Shown here piece by piece: positions 38,737-50,073 of a stretch of 64,000 bases of DNA. Source of the stretch: Malacoraja senta (taxonomy: Eukaryota); the NCBI GenBank assembly GCA_038087875.1, contig CM075994.1:5146001-5210000 (forward strand). Direction: 5' to 3'. The translations under genes were made by a program, and so were the position numbers. The notes below the pieces were generated by a model. The model was not told where the DNA came from, did no database searches, and saw only the letters and a program-made list of their open reading frames with translations. How positions within the stretch are numbered: the stretch's first letter is position 1; every line of letters starts with the position of its first letter.

Positions 38737-40984
38737 GTGAGCAAAATATACGTTTTTGCTGCGTTGATGACATTATCCTTGGAACTGCCAGTTAAATTAA
38801 TTGTTGAGCTGAATATGAAGCTTAGCATCTTTGCTTTTTTCCAGGCCTGAATACAGAGACGTTTTTTGTTTAATCCTCGTGCCAAATACTGGTGCCAAAT
38901 ACTTTTCCATCTGTGGTGCTAACATATGATGTGATGGATTACTGATGCGGCATTACACATTGCTGAAACACTTGAACATGTAGTTATGCTTTCTATTTAA
39001 TGGAAACTAATGGAAACTATTACTGAATATTTCGAAAAATCGTATGCTTCTCAAATGGACGAGCGGCAGGGTTTAGAACTATATTTCCTGAAGATCATTT
39101 CAGACTTTGACGGATGAATACAAACTGATGACCAAATGCTTTACTGCGACGAATTAAGCCGGGTGTTACAGAACGTCGTGGACTGTAACGGTACGTTCCT
39201 CATATAATGATAAATGAACCTTACACTCGATATTGGATTATACATAAAATGCAAATATGATTCACCGGTAAAGTATGTTTTTTTTTTAATTGGGCAAGAT
39301 TAAGCTTAATCCGATCCACACCGGTCAATCACTGTCTCACTCAGCTCGACTAATAGGTGGGCAGATCAGTTTGCGATTGGATCACAATCGCCGAATAGAA
39401 TCGAAGGGCTATAATTGGGAATTCCAAAACAAGGTGGTCCCGGTATCGTTCTCATTTGTAGGTGGATTTTATCATCATCGATCTTTTTAAATGTTGAAAA
39501 GGCTGTAAATATCTATATAAAATATGATTAAAATGAAAATGTTCACAATAATTGACAGCTATCTAAATTAATTAAAAAGCAATCAGCAACAGTGGCACAC
39601 GAAATCAAAATAAAAAGTCGCAGTCCTTTTCAGATCAGTGTGAGCTAACTGTATTTGAACACCACAGTCATTTCAATTATTTTTTGATTTAGCTCACATT
39701 TTTACTCTCACATGTTTATGCTCCATTATGCATTTACCGTCAATCTTTTCATCCTCTGTTCATAAGAATATGAAAAGAATAATTGAAATATTAATCTACA
39801 TAACACAGGCTTCCTTGTAAGATTTCTACCACACGCACAATGGTGTTCGTCTGGTTTAGGGCGGTCACAGATATATATTGAATTAGCTGTGTGTACGATC
39901 ACTAAAACAAGAGACGTTTCAACTGTTCGCCGACAATCTGTTTCTCCCTTATTTTCACCTCATGTAAACCTGAAGCTATGGTGACATAGAATAGGTTACT
40001 CTCGCACAAACACAGGGAACGTCGAGGTTTATGCTCCAACTACGTTGATTGGGCTGGAGCACTCGTGCTTCTGAAGACAACATTATAACCTATTTGCGAG
40101 CTGTCAATTTTTCAGAGATAGAGTTGTTAAAAAAAAAGAAATACATTTAAACATGTTTAAATGTTGATATTGAAAAGTATAGATTTGATCATAACATAAT
40201 GTTCAGATCTAACTCGATTAACGATTAACAATTGGCGCAGGTTGAGCCGCACACGAAAGTATATGATAACAACTGAGAAATCGGGCAATGACTGGTCTTT
40301 GTTCACCATGTCCAGAAGGGAAATCAGGTTTGCTCTAAGTTGCAGTCCCAGTTACAATGCTAGACATAATGGAACATAATAACACGACGGCGGAAGAGAC
40401 ATAACTTGGCAAGTAGAGCTACAATCAAACATGTGTAGTTACACCGATTAAAAACCACCTTTGGAAGTATCTGTGTGCTGTCTTTGCATTACACTAGGAC
40501 CACGGCGGGTTGATAAAATGATTATGTTGTGTTAATTTCCAGTCTTGTGTGGTTAAATGGAGAAAATGGTAAATGTTGATGGCTATAGGAGGAGTATTAG
40601 TGTGTAATACGATTAATCTATCATCCAGCATGGACTCGATTGTAGGAAAATGCTTTCGTCTATGTTAAAAAGAGATAAACGTCGATACTGGTTCTGTACA
40701 GAAACACATAAATATGCATCGATTTCAAACATATAGTAAACAATTCTTCCGTGAGAATTGCATGCATCATCTAGACACATTTTCGAATTAAATGTACCAG
40801 TTTAATTTTATTTGTTCTCACCTACACCTTTCAAACGTCACATGAAACTTACGCCTATCTCTGCAATCATCTCTCGTTTTCGTTAAATCTAGAAGGAAAA
40901 TATTTGGTTTACATTTCACCGTCGATACTAGGATATATATATGAGAGATTTAAATTCAACTTATTTACGTCATTATATTTTTAA
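38737..40984 (+). pseudogene. Decayed TCR alpha/delta-like gene with apparently pre-joined VJ (gene B)
   Basis: Leader 38737-38791 (V)SKIYVFAALMTLSLELPG; ttttttccag|V exon 38845-~39210 (GLNT..V*S..SVVLT(Y=C)..H(C=W)..IQTDDQMLYC, then in-frame NGTFLI); C exon ~39700-40026 (PSIFIL..ASL*DFYH ~ ACLVxDFYP); 87-nt phase-1 hinge 40241-40327 (GLCSPCPEGKS); TM exon 40893-40984 (YISPSILGY..FNLFTS). Confidence 0.55.
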
Positions 40985-41444
40985 ATGTTGAGCTCTCAAT
41001 TATTGACAATTCTTTAGATTCTAAATATATCCTTGAAATAAGCAATGTATTTGGCGTGTTTGTAGGTTTAGCTCAACCATCTATGATTGAGACTTGACTT
41101 CCCTTTAAAAAGTATATTTAAAAGTAAAACCAAATAGAAATAATTGAACATTGTACTTTCATAATCCATGCCACTACTATAAATATACTTCCAGTTCACT
41201 GAAACACATTTGACAAATGTGTAGGATAGCATCCATCATATGGACGAATTAGTTAAAATCTCAGCCACAAATAATATCCACGGGAAATCTGGGGCATTTG
41301 CAATCGGCACTTTTTTTTTTAAAGCAACAACAAGTCTTTGATACCAAAGAGATTGAAGGATAGTCGTGGTCATAAACGAATGAAAAATCAACAAAACCTT
41401 TTTAAAAATATGTAGCTACTATGATCAACATCGATATTTAAAAA

Positions 41445-41940
41445 AAGATAGAAAATGGACACAAAACACTGGAGTCACTCAGCGGACAGGCAACATCTCT
41501 GGAGAGAAATAATGGGTGACGTTTCGGGCCGAGAACCTTTTTCAGACTGGTTAGGGACAAGGGAAACGAGAGATATAGACGGTGGTGCAGAAATCAAGAA
41601 CAATAAATGAAAGAAATGCAGAAAAGGAACGATGATAAATTAAAAACGCTGTTTGTAGAGTGAAAATGAGATGCTTGTGCGACTTGGATGGAGAAGCGAT
41701 AGAGAAAGAGAAAATGCCGGCACTACTTGAAGTGCGAGAAATCAATATGCACACCATTGGGCTGTCGCTTCGCCTCAATCTGACAATTGAGGAGACAGAG
41801 GACAGAAAGATCTGTGCAGGAATGGGAAGGAGTATTAAAGTATCCAGCAACCGGGAGATCAGGTTGGTTTCCGCGGGCTGAGCGAAGATGATCCGCAAAA
41901 CGATCGCCAAGTCTAAGTTTCGTCTCACCGATGGAAAAAT
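41445..41940 (-). mobile_element. Penelope-like 3' fragment with pLTR
   Basis: GETKLRLGDRF and PDLPVAG remnants; pLTR at ~41455-41550. Confidence 0.75.
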
Positions 41941-42224
41941 GATTCCCAAGCGAATTATGAAAAAGCTAGACTGGATAACGGAACAAATGACCCATATTCA
42001 CAATCCATGATATTTGTAATGTAGTTCAGCGAGTCGAAGTATATGACCCCAAAAAACGATACTATATATTTGAAATTATAACCATGCAGAGGTAGAAAAA
42101 CAGGTGCCAATTTCGGGACTTCCGTATTGTCAATTCAAGCGAGAAATACTTGATATTTTTCCAGCACAATGAATATTTCACTTCAAAATGAAAGCAAAAC
42201 ACATGTTCTAGCATGGAACCAAAG

Positions 42225-43815
42225 ATACTGCTGAACATTGAACAGAAGGAAATCCGCATTAGGCAGCAAATTGTGTTGGGTAGACTGCTGGGTCTGAAGG
42301 CTATTAAATCCCCACAGCCTGATGGTCTGCAACCCAGTGTACTTAAGGAAATGACTGTAGAAATCATGGACGCATTGATGATCATTTTCTAATGTTCTAT
42401 AGAATTAGAGCAATTCCTGTGGATTGGAGTGTACCTACTGTTATCCCACTTTTTAAGAAAAGCGGGAGCAAGAAAACAGGGAATTTTAGACCAGTTAGCC
42501 TGACATCGATGGTGGGGAAGATGCTGGAATCAATATTACAAGATGTAATAGCGGCACATTTGGACAGCATTAACAGGTACGGTCCGAGTCAGCATGCATT
42601 TACGAAGGGAAATCATGCTTAACTAATCTTCAGGCGTTTTTTGAGGATGTAACTAGGAAAATGGAAAAGGTAGAGCGAGTGGATGTAATGTACTTGGATT
42701 TTCATAAAGCATACGATAATGTCCCACATAGGAGATTAGTGGGCAAAATTGGGGCACATGGTATTGAGGTAAAGTGCTAACATGGAGAGAAAATTGGTTG
42801 GCAGACTGGAAGCAATGATTAGGGATTAACGGGCCTGTTTCAGAATGGCAGACAGTGACTAGTGGGTTATCGCAAGGCTCGGTGCGGGGACCGCAGTGTT
42901 TTTCAATATATATTAATGATTTAAATTTGCAGATGACACAAGGCTGGGTGGCAGTGTGAACGGCCAAGGTGATGCTATGAGAATGCAGGTGGCTTGGACA
43001 GTTTGGGTGAGTAGGCAGATGCATGCTATATGCAGATTTATGTGGGTGAATGTGAGGTGTCCACGTTGGTTACATAAAACAGGAAGACAGATTATTATCT
43101 ACATGTTGTGACGTTGGGAAAAGGAGAGGTACAACGGGATCTGTGAGGGATCCTTGTTCATCAGTCAATGAAAGTAAGCATTGAGAAATAGCAGGCAGTG
43201 AAGAAAGCGAATGGCATGTTGACCGTTATAACAAGAGCAATTGAGTATAGGAGCAAATAAGTCCTTGTGCAGTTGTAAAGGGCACTGATGACCCCTTATC
43301 TGGAATATTGTGTGCCATTATGGTTCCCAAATTTGACGAACGACATTTTTGCTATTGAGGGAGTGCAGCGTAGGTTCACAAGCTTAGTTCGCGTGGTGGC
43401 TGGACTGTCATATGCTGAGAGTATGGAGCGGTTGGGCTAGTATACTCTGTAATTTAGAAGGATTAGAGGCGATTTTATTTAAACATATAAGATTATTAAA
43501 GGTTTGGAAATGCTGGAGGCAGGAAACATGTTCCCGATTTTGGGGGAGTCCAGAACCAGGGGACACAGTTTAAGAACAAGGGGTAAGCCATTTAGAAAGG
43601 ACATGAGGAAGCACTCTTTCACAGAGAGTGATGTGGAATTCTCTGCCTCAGAGGTCGGGAGAGGTCGGTTCTCTAGAATCCTTCATGAGAGAGCTCTTGA
43701 ATATAGCGGTGTTAGGGGATATGGGGAGAAGGCGGGAACGGGGTACTGAATTTGGATGATAAGCCATGGTCACATTGAATGACACACTCCTGCACCTACT
43801 GTCTGTTTTCTATTG
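42225..43815 (+). mobile_element. Decayed CR1 (RT and 3' end)
   Basis: GNFRPVSLTS, SQHAFTKG, ESRTRGHSL, GYGEKAGTGY motifs. Confidence 0.9.
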
Positions 43816-44159
43816 GGAATGATCATTATTTTGGAATGTAATACCATTAACGCCAATTCCATTCAATTCCTCGTGCGGATGCGTGTATCAATGCCGTGAG
43901 AGCATGGGCTGTCTAGACAGTGAATACTAGGGTGCTGGTGATATAATTACGCAAGGAACAGATTATGTAATCTTGAAAGTCTTTAGTTTAATTTAAATGA
44001 CACGAAGTTTACGACAAATTTGAAACCGGATGGAAAGTCCCACTGTTGCTGGGATCTTCAGGTTTAAACCGTTGGAAATGTCTCCGCATTTCCAGCCCAC
44101 GTCAGTTCATGTAATGTTGAAGAAATGATTAGCCCTTGTGGGAATACTTAATGTAGTGC

Positions 44160-44620
44160 TTGAATGCTCGTACCATGGAAACGGTTGCTTTGGCGCACCG
44201 ACTCCGTGCCGAAAAAGATCACTCGTATCTTATGTCAATGCTATCCCATGTTCGCATCCGACACACTAAGGGAAATTTACAGAAACCAATTAACGTACAA
44301 ACCTGTAACAATTAACGTCTGAAGAAGGGTTTCGGCCCGAAACGTTGCCTATTTCCTCCGCTCCATAGATGCTGCTGCACTCGCTGAGTTTCCCCGGCAT
44401 TAATGTCTACCTTCGATTTTCCAGCATCTGCAGTTCCATCTTAAACGGACAAACCTGCACGTCTTAAAATCGTGGGTGTAAACGTGTGCACCGGAGATAA
44501 ACCAAGCCGTCCCACGGAGATTATACAAACATCATTCAGACAACACCCGTAGTCAGTATCGAACCCGCGTCTCTGACGCTGTATGGCGGCTGTTGTACCC
44601 CAGCGCCATTGTGCTGCCCG
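44160..44620 (-). mobile_element. tRNA-derived V-SINE-like copy containing a Penelope pLTR insertion (about 44306-44443, plus)
   Basis: A-box tggcgc and B-box ggttcgat on minus; insert ctgaagaagggtttcggcccgaaacgttg flanked by aacg(t/g)acaaacctg. Confidence 0.7.
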
Positions 44621-47502
44621 AATGGTTATTGAATTCAAAAGTAAACTGATTCCTGATTCTGGAAAAATAAATAATTTCTCCGAATTGCTTCTGAAGAATT
44701 AAGTAGTTGAACATTTTAATTCATGAGTAATGGTTTTGTTTTAATTAGTCCATGCCTTTTTAATACTCGAATTTCTAAATTGTAATTGTGAATACTTCAG
44801 GTCCTACTCACATTTATGCAGTTGATGCTGTTTAAAACTGATCAGCCATTTGTCACTGTTACCGTGCTTGAATAAGGAACCATTGAATATATTTCATGGA
44901 AGACTCATCTAGGGCCGCATTTTTTCTTTATGTGAAAACTGTCTGCGAATTTTGGAACTTTAAAATCCTTTCATATTCCGCAACTCTAAGGCACTGAAAA
45001 ATGAAATGTTTAAAGGAAGACATACGAATCTGAAGTAAAATCCAAAAGCAATAACCCTAAATAATTAACAAATTAAACTTAAAATAAGCAATTGTTAGCA
45101 AGTCGCAACCATAACAAAGTCCAACATGTTTTATTCAGAACGATCTTTAGGCAAACGCTCGGAAACCCCAGGATAATTTGCTCTGTCTTTCAATCAAGCG
45201 TGGGATAATCATCCAAGGGTGTTTTCCCCCGATATGTGGCAGAATGTTTATAAATGTATTACAATAACAATTTCCTCCAACAAATTATGCATTTCCATGC
45301 GAACAAAGGGCATAAAGAATAGATTGTATCGGTTCTCAAAATTGTTGCGCGAACTTATTTTTTTGTAATCAGAAACATTGCTCGGATTTTCAGGCAGTTT
45401 TGTAAACCGATTGCTCACCAAAGCTACGGTTTATCCTCATAGGCCGTGCACGACAGCGAAATATGGTCGGGAGACATGTGAGCGCCATACATTTACCAGA
45501 TTATTATTCACGGAGTTGTATTCACTGCCCTCTGCTTGCTTTCATTGATTTCAGTTCAACGGGTCAAAAGAAAATCGCGACGCCAACATTCTGAACTCGA
45601 ATTGCAACAGAAATCTTGTTCTCATCGCTTAAAAAATTCTACCGTGCCAATTCTATACAAGGCGCACCTGTAATATTATACATTATCAATAAAATGAATC
45701 ACGTCGATTACAAACTACACAGCTGTTCAATAACTTCCAACTAACGAGTATTAAAGTGAAATAGATAATTTACCTGCTATTGTCGATTCAATAAGCTCCT
45801 CTATGAATAAAAAAAAAGTTAAGATATCAAGGAAGAATTTTTCTAATTATGCACGTCGCCAAGAAATTACTAATGGAGGTCGTAATGTCAAAATTTTCCA
45901 TTTATAATCATTGAAAATAGTTGCAGGAGGATGCCGTTTGGCCCTTCGGGCCAGCACCGCCATTCATTGTAATCATGGCCGATCATCGTCAATCAGTAAC
46001 CCGAGCCTGCCTCCCCCCATATCCCTTGATTCCGCTGGCCTCTGGAGCTCTAACTAACTCTCTATTAAATCCATCCAGATTATTTGCCTCTACCGCTTTC
46101 TGTGGCAGAGAATTCCACAAATTCACGACCCTCTGTGTGAAACAGTTGTTGCTCGTCTCAGTTTTAAATGGCCTCCCCGTTATCTTTAGACTGTCGCTCC
46201 TGTTTAACGATATTGAGGGTTTTTTTCCTGCGTCTAGTTTGTCCATTAATTAATATAATTTTGTAGGTTTCTATAAGATCTCTCATCCTAAATTCTAGTG
46301 AATACAAGCCCAGCCTTTCCAACCTTTCCTGATATGACAATGCCGCCATCACCTCTTGACCCCATGCTGCACAGCCCCTATAGCAAGGATGCCCTTCCTC
46401 AGATGAGGGGAACAAAACTGCACACAATACTCCAGATATGGTCTCACCGCGGACCTGTACAACTGCAGAAGGACCACGTTACACCTACACTCAAATCCTC
46501 TCGTTATGAAGGCGAACATGCCATTAGCTTCGTTCACTGCCTGCTGTACATGGATGTTTACTTTCAGTGACTTGTGTACAGAGACACCCAGGTCTCGTTG
46601 CATTTCGCTTTTTTCGAAACTGACATAATTGAGATAATAATCTGCCTGCTTGTTCTCACCGCCAAAGTGGAAAACTTTACATTTTACTTCGGAGTCACGT
46701 GAGTGACTACGTGAAGAGCCCGCCAGCCCGCATGCGCTTCATTATCGTCTAACGCATGGCGCAGCGACTGGCTGGCAAGCGAGCTGCTCCACCAGTGGGT
46801 AATTTTATAAAGGCCCTACAGGTAACTTTCACTTATTCTGAGGTCGTCTGTGATCTGAAAATGTGTTTAGAGAACGGTGCATTTCCAAACTCGAGAGAAA
46901 TGTCCAGGGCTAAGTCCAAACTGGCCGCGGGGATAAAGGCTACGGAGGACCGCGGGAGTGCGGGTAGCCGGCGGCGGTCAATTTCGCCACCCGAGTCGCT
47001 GACAATGCGGTCAGCGACCTCCGACTTAGTACCTCTGGAATCCGTGGTGGTTCCCCAGAAAGGGGGTGCATCCAAAAGTAAGACGGATAGGCCTGTGGAC
47101 TCGGATGGGTCAGGCCAGGAGGACTCGCCTCCTACAGTGGATAACGTCCTTTGACGTTTATCCCGGATGGAGCATCTAATGGAAAAAGAAGCTCCATCAT
47201 GACATGCTCCTACAAACGGAATTATGTCAGCGTGGGTCTCCTTTGGGGCCCACGGCAGCGCCTGGTTCAGGGCTGCACAATGTCTCCATCTCCACGGAGG
47301 GGAGCGTACGGAGTCAGTACTGGGCTGACTCCGAATTAGGCGGGATGGCTGAAGATCATACTAGTATGCATGGGGTGCATGAAGCACAGTATTTTCCGGC
47401 CATAGCTTCCAGATTCGCGATACCCTCGCAAACTGGGAGCCATTACAGGAAGAGCTGGCTGCAAATATCAATTACCTCACCTCCCAACAGCTACAGGAAC
47501 AG

Positions 47503-49374
47503 GTGATGACGGATACAGCTGCCAAATACAAGGCACCTGCTAACTGTGTTTCGTTAAATGTACCAGCCGTAAATAACTCAATGTGGGGATATATTGGAGG
47601 GGGCATCAGGGCCCAAGAAGTAAACATCCAGAAAATCCACAAATTACTGGCTTGGGGCATAACGGCGTTTGCCAGGGCCGTGGATGTAGGACCATTGTCG
47701 AATGAGCAACAGGATGCCCTGACACTAATGTGCAATGCACATTTTGAGATTAATTGTTTCCGAGAAAGTGCCATCCGACCTGCCCTGAACCCTAAATTTG
47801 CGGGGTTGTGTAAAGCCAGCAAAATCCAGCCGCCGAATCACCTCATCGGAGAGAACCTACCTAAACAGGTCAAGGACCTGGATGAAGAGGCGAAGGCTGT
47901 CGGGCTGATGAAGGCGCCGACAACTGGCAAAACCTCTCAATTCCGGCGGCAGCACCCCTATGCATCCACCAACAGAAAGCGGTTTCCTGAGGCTGGTGAA
48001 AGCTCGAAGGACGGATATTCGGGACAGAGGTATTTATTAGGCCAAGGTCCAGACCGGCCTTCTTGGAAGATGCGCCATTCCCGCATTCCAGCACCTCCAC
48101 CGCCAAAACTCGGGGACGGAAGTAATAACCTCGAAACCACAGGTAGCCATAAAAGTAGGTGGGTCTGGTTCCTTCCGGAACATGGGGTGTGTGGACCATT
48201 TACAAGTTGGTGGGAGATTACACTTGTTTTGGATGCATGGAGTTCAATAAGGTCTGATCCATTTATACTGCACAGTATACAGCGGTTCCAAATTGAGTTC
48301 CTTCCCAATTCGTTACCACCCACACAGCATGAGCCAAACAGTACGTTCATTCTTTCACAGCAGGAAAGTTTGGAGGTGCAAGCAGAAATACAGAAGATGC
48401 ATTCAAAAGGGATAATTGAGAGGTCGGGGCATGACCCTCACGAATTTGTTTATAATATATTTACGAGGAAAAATAAAGATGGAGGATTCCGTATCATCCT
48501 TGATTTGACTCAGCTTAACGCTTTTGTGCAGTATAAACATTTTAAAATGGAAACCTTCGTTAATGCCGAGCAACTGATATCCAAAGGATGCTTTATGACA
48601 TGCATCGATCTCAAAGATGCATACTCTTCGGTACCCATTCACAGGGATCACCGGAAGTATTTGAAGTTTAACTGGATGGGGCAACTATGGCAGTTTAAGG
48701 CGTTGCCTAATGGGTTAACATCAGCCCCCAGATTATTTACCAAAATATTCAAACCAGCTCTTGCGCTTCTCAGAGCTCAAAAATATATTGTCATGGCATA
48801 TTTGGATGATATCCTAAACATAGGTAAAACTCTGAAATTATCTAAATTAGCAATTTCAGCCACTAAACTCTTGTTTGAGATATTGGGGTTTCTCAGCCAT
48901 CCAGACAAATCGAAGTTGGTACCATCCACGGCTATTGATTATTTAGGGTTTACTATTAACTCTGTTCACATGTCTGTGACTCTGCCCTGGGGCAAGATAT
49001 TAGAATTAATAGAAGCCTATAACAACCTTGTAGTTGTTGAACTACCATCTATTCGGCAAGTGGCCAGGGTAATTGGCAAATTAGTGGCTGCGTTTCCCGC
49101 CACACATTTTGGACCATTGCATTATCAAAATTTACAACGTGCAAAGGAGCAAGCACTCCAAAATCATGCAGGTCATTTCAACAGACCTCTGCGATTACCA
49201 GCCGATGCTATTTCTGAATTACAATGGTGGACAACGAACATTCGGCATTGCTCCAATACCATTTTAGTCAACAGTCCTTCAGTTGTATTACAAACTGATG
49301 CTAGCGCTCAAGGATGGGGAGCTACTAATACCATCTCTAGTTGCGGTGGCAGAGGAGATTTGCATGATTCATAA
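47503..49374 (+). CDS. DIRS gag C-terminus fused to RT and the start of RNase H
   Basis: DGGFRIILDL, HFKMET, IDLKDAY, LPNGLTSAPRLFTK, AYLDD, LQTDASAQGWG. Confidence 0.85.
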   Translation: MMTDTAAKYKAPANCVSLNVPAVNNSMWGYIGGGIRAQEVNIQKIHKLLAWGITAFARAVDVGPLSNEQQDALTLMCNAHFEINCFRESAIRPALNPKFAGLCKASKIQPPNHLIGENLPKQVKDLDEEAKAVGLMKAPTTGKTSQFRRQHPYASTNRKRFPEAGESSKDGYSGQRYLLGQGPDRPSWKMRHSRIPAPPPPKLGDGSNNLETTGSHKSRWVWFLPEHGVCGPFTSWWEITLVLDAWSSIRSDPFILHSIQRFQIEFLPNSLPPTQHEPNSTFILSQQESLEVQAEIQKMHSKGIIERSGHDPHEFVYNIFTRKNKDGGFRIILDLTQLNAFVQYKHFKMETFVNAEQLISKGCFMTCIDLKDAYSSVPIHRDHRKYLKFNWMGQLWQFKALPNGLTSAPRLFTKIFKPALALLRAQKYIVMAYLDDILNIGKTLKLSKLAISATKLLFEILGFLSHPDKSKLVPSTAIDYLGFTINSVHMSVTLPWGKILELIEAYNNLVVVELPSIRQVARVIGKLVAAFPATHFGPLHYQNLQRAKEQALQNHAGHFNRPLRLPADAISELQWWTTNIRHCSNTILVNSPSVVLQTDASAQGWGATNTISSCGGRGDLHDS

Positions 49375-49401
49375 TTTCTTCAGTCACATGGTATTAATTA
49401 T

Positions 49402-50073
49402 TTGGAGTTGTTGGGAGCATTCTATGGGCTCAAGGCTTATTGTACGAATATGCACCGTCTGCATGTTCAGCTTCAGATTGAAAACAACACAGCGGTGGCA
49501 TGTATTAATCACATGGGTGGAATATCCTGTGATAATTTGGCTAAACTTATTTGGCACTGGTGTATTATAAGAAACATTTGGATTTCAGCTACCTACCTAG
49601 CAGGTAGGCTCAATACAGTGGCGGACACCAGGTCACGGACATTTAATGAAAACACCAAATGGATGTTGGAGCATAAAGTGTTCACCGACATTGTTGCTCG
49701 GTATGGAACGCCGGTTATCGATCTATTCGCATCCCGGCTTAATCACAAATTGTCAAAGTATGTTGCATGGGAGCCAGACCCTGGGGCAGTGGCGATGGAT
49801 GCATTATCGCTACACTGGGGAGGATTGTTTTTTTACGCATTCCCTCCCTTTTGCCTCATCAGTCGGGTCTTACAAAAGATCCAACAAGACTCCGCATCGT
49901 GTATTTTGGTAGTGCTCGACTGGCCTACTCAGCCATGGTTCCCATTGATTCTGGGAATAGTATCAGAGCCTTGTTTTACCATTACCAAACGAAGTAATCT
50001 GCTGGTTCATCCTGTAACAGGGGAGAGCCACCCATTACATTACCGGATGAATGTATTAATTTGCAGACTCTGA
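49402..50073 (+). CDS. DIRS RNase H end and DNA adenine methyltransferase-like domain
   Basis: NTAVACINHMGG, ADTRSR, DLFASRLN, YAFPPF, DWPTQPWFP. Confidence 0.85.
   Translation: MELLGAFYGLKAYCTNMHRLHVQLQIENNTAVACINHMGGISCDNLAKLIWHWCIIRNIWISATYLAGRLNTVADTRSRTFNENTKWMLEHKVFTDIVARYGTPVIDLFASRLNHKLSKYVAWEPDPGAVAMDALSLHWGGLFFYAFPPFCLISRVLQKIQQDSASCILVVLDWPTQPWFPLILGIVSEPCFTITKRSNLLVHPVTGESHPLHYRMNVLICRL

Noticed and set aside
44560-44620. tRNA gene
   Set aside because: A and B boxes belong to a SINE head; no cloverleaf
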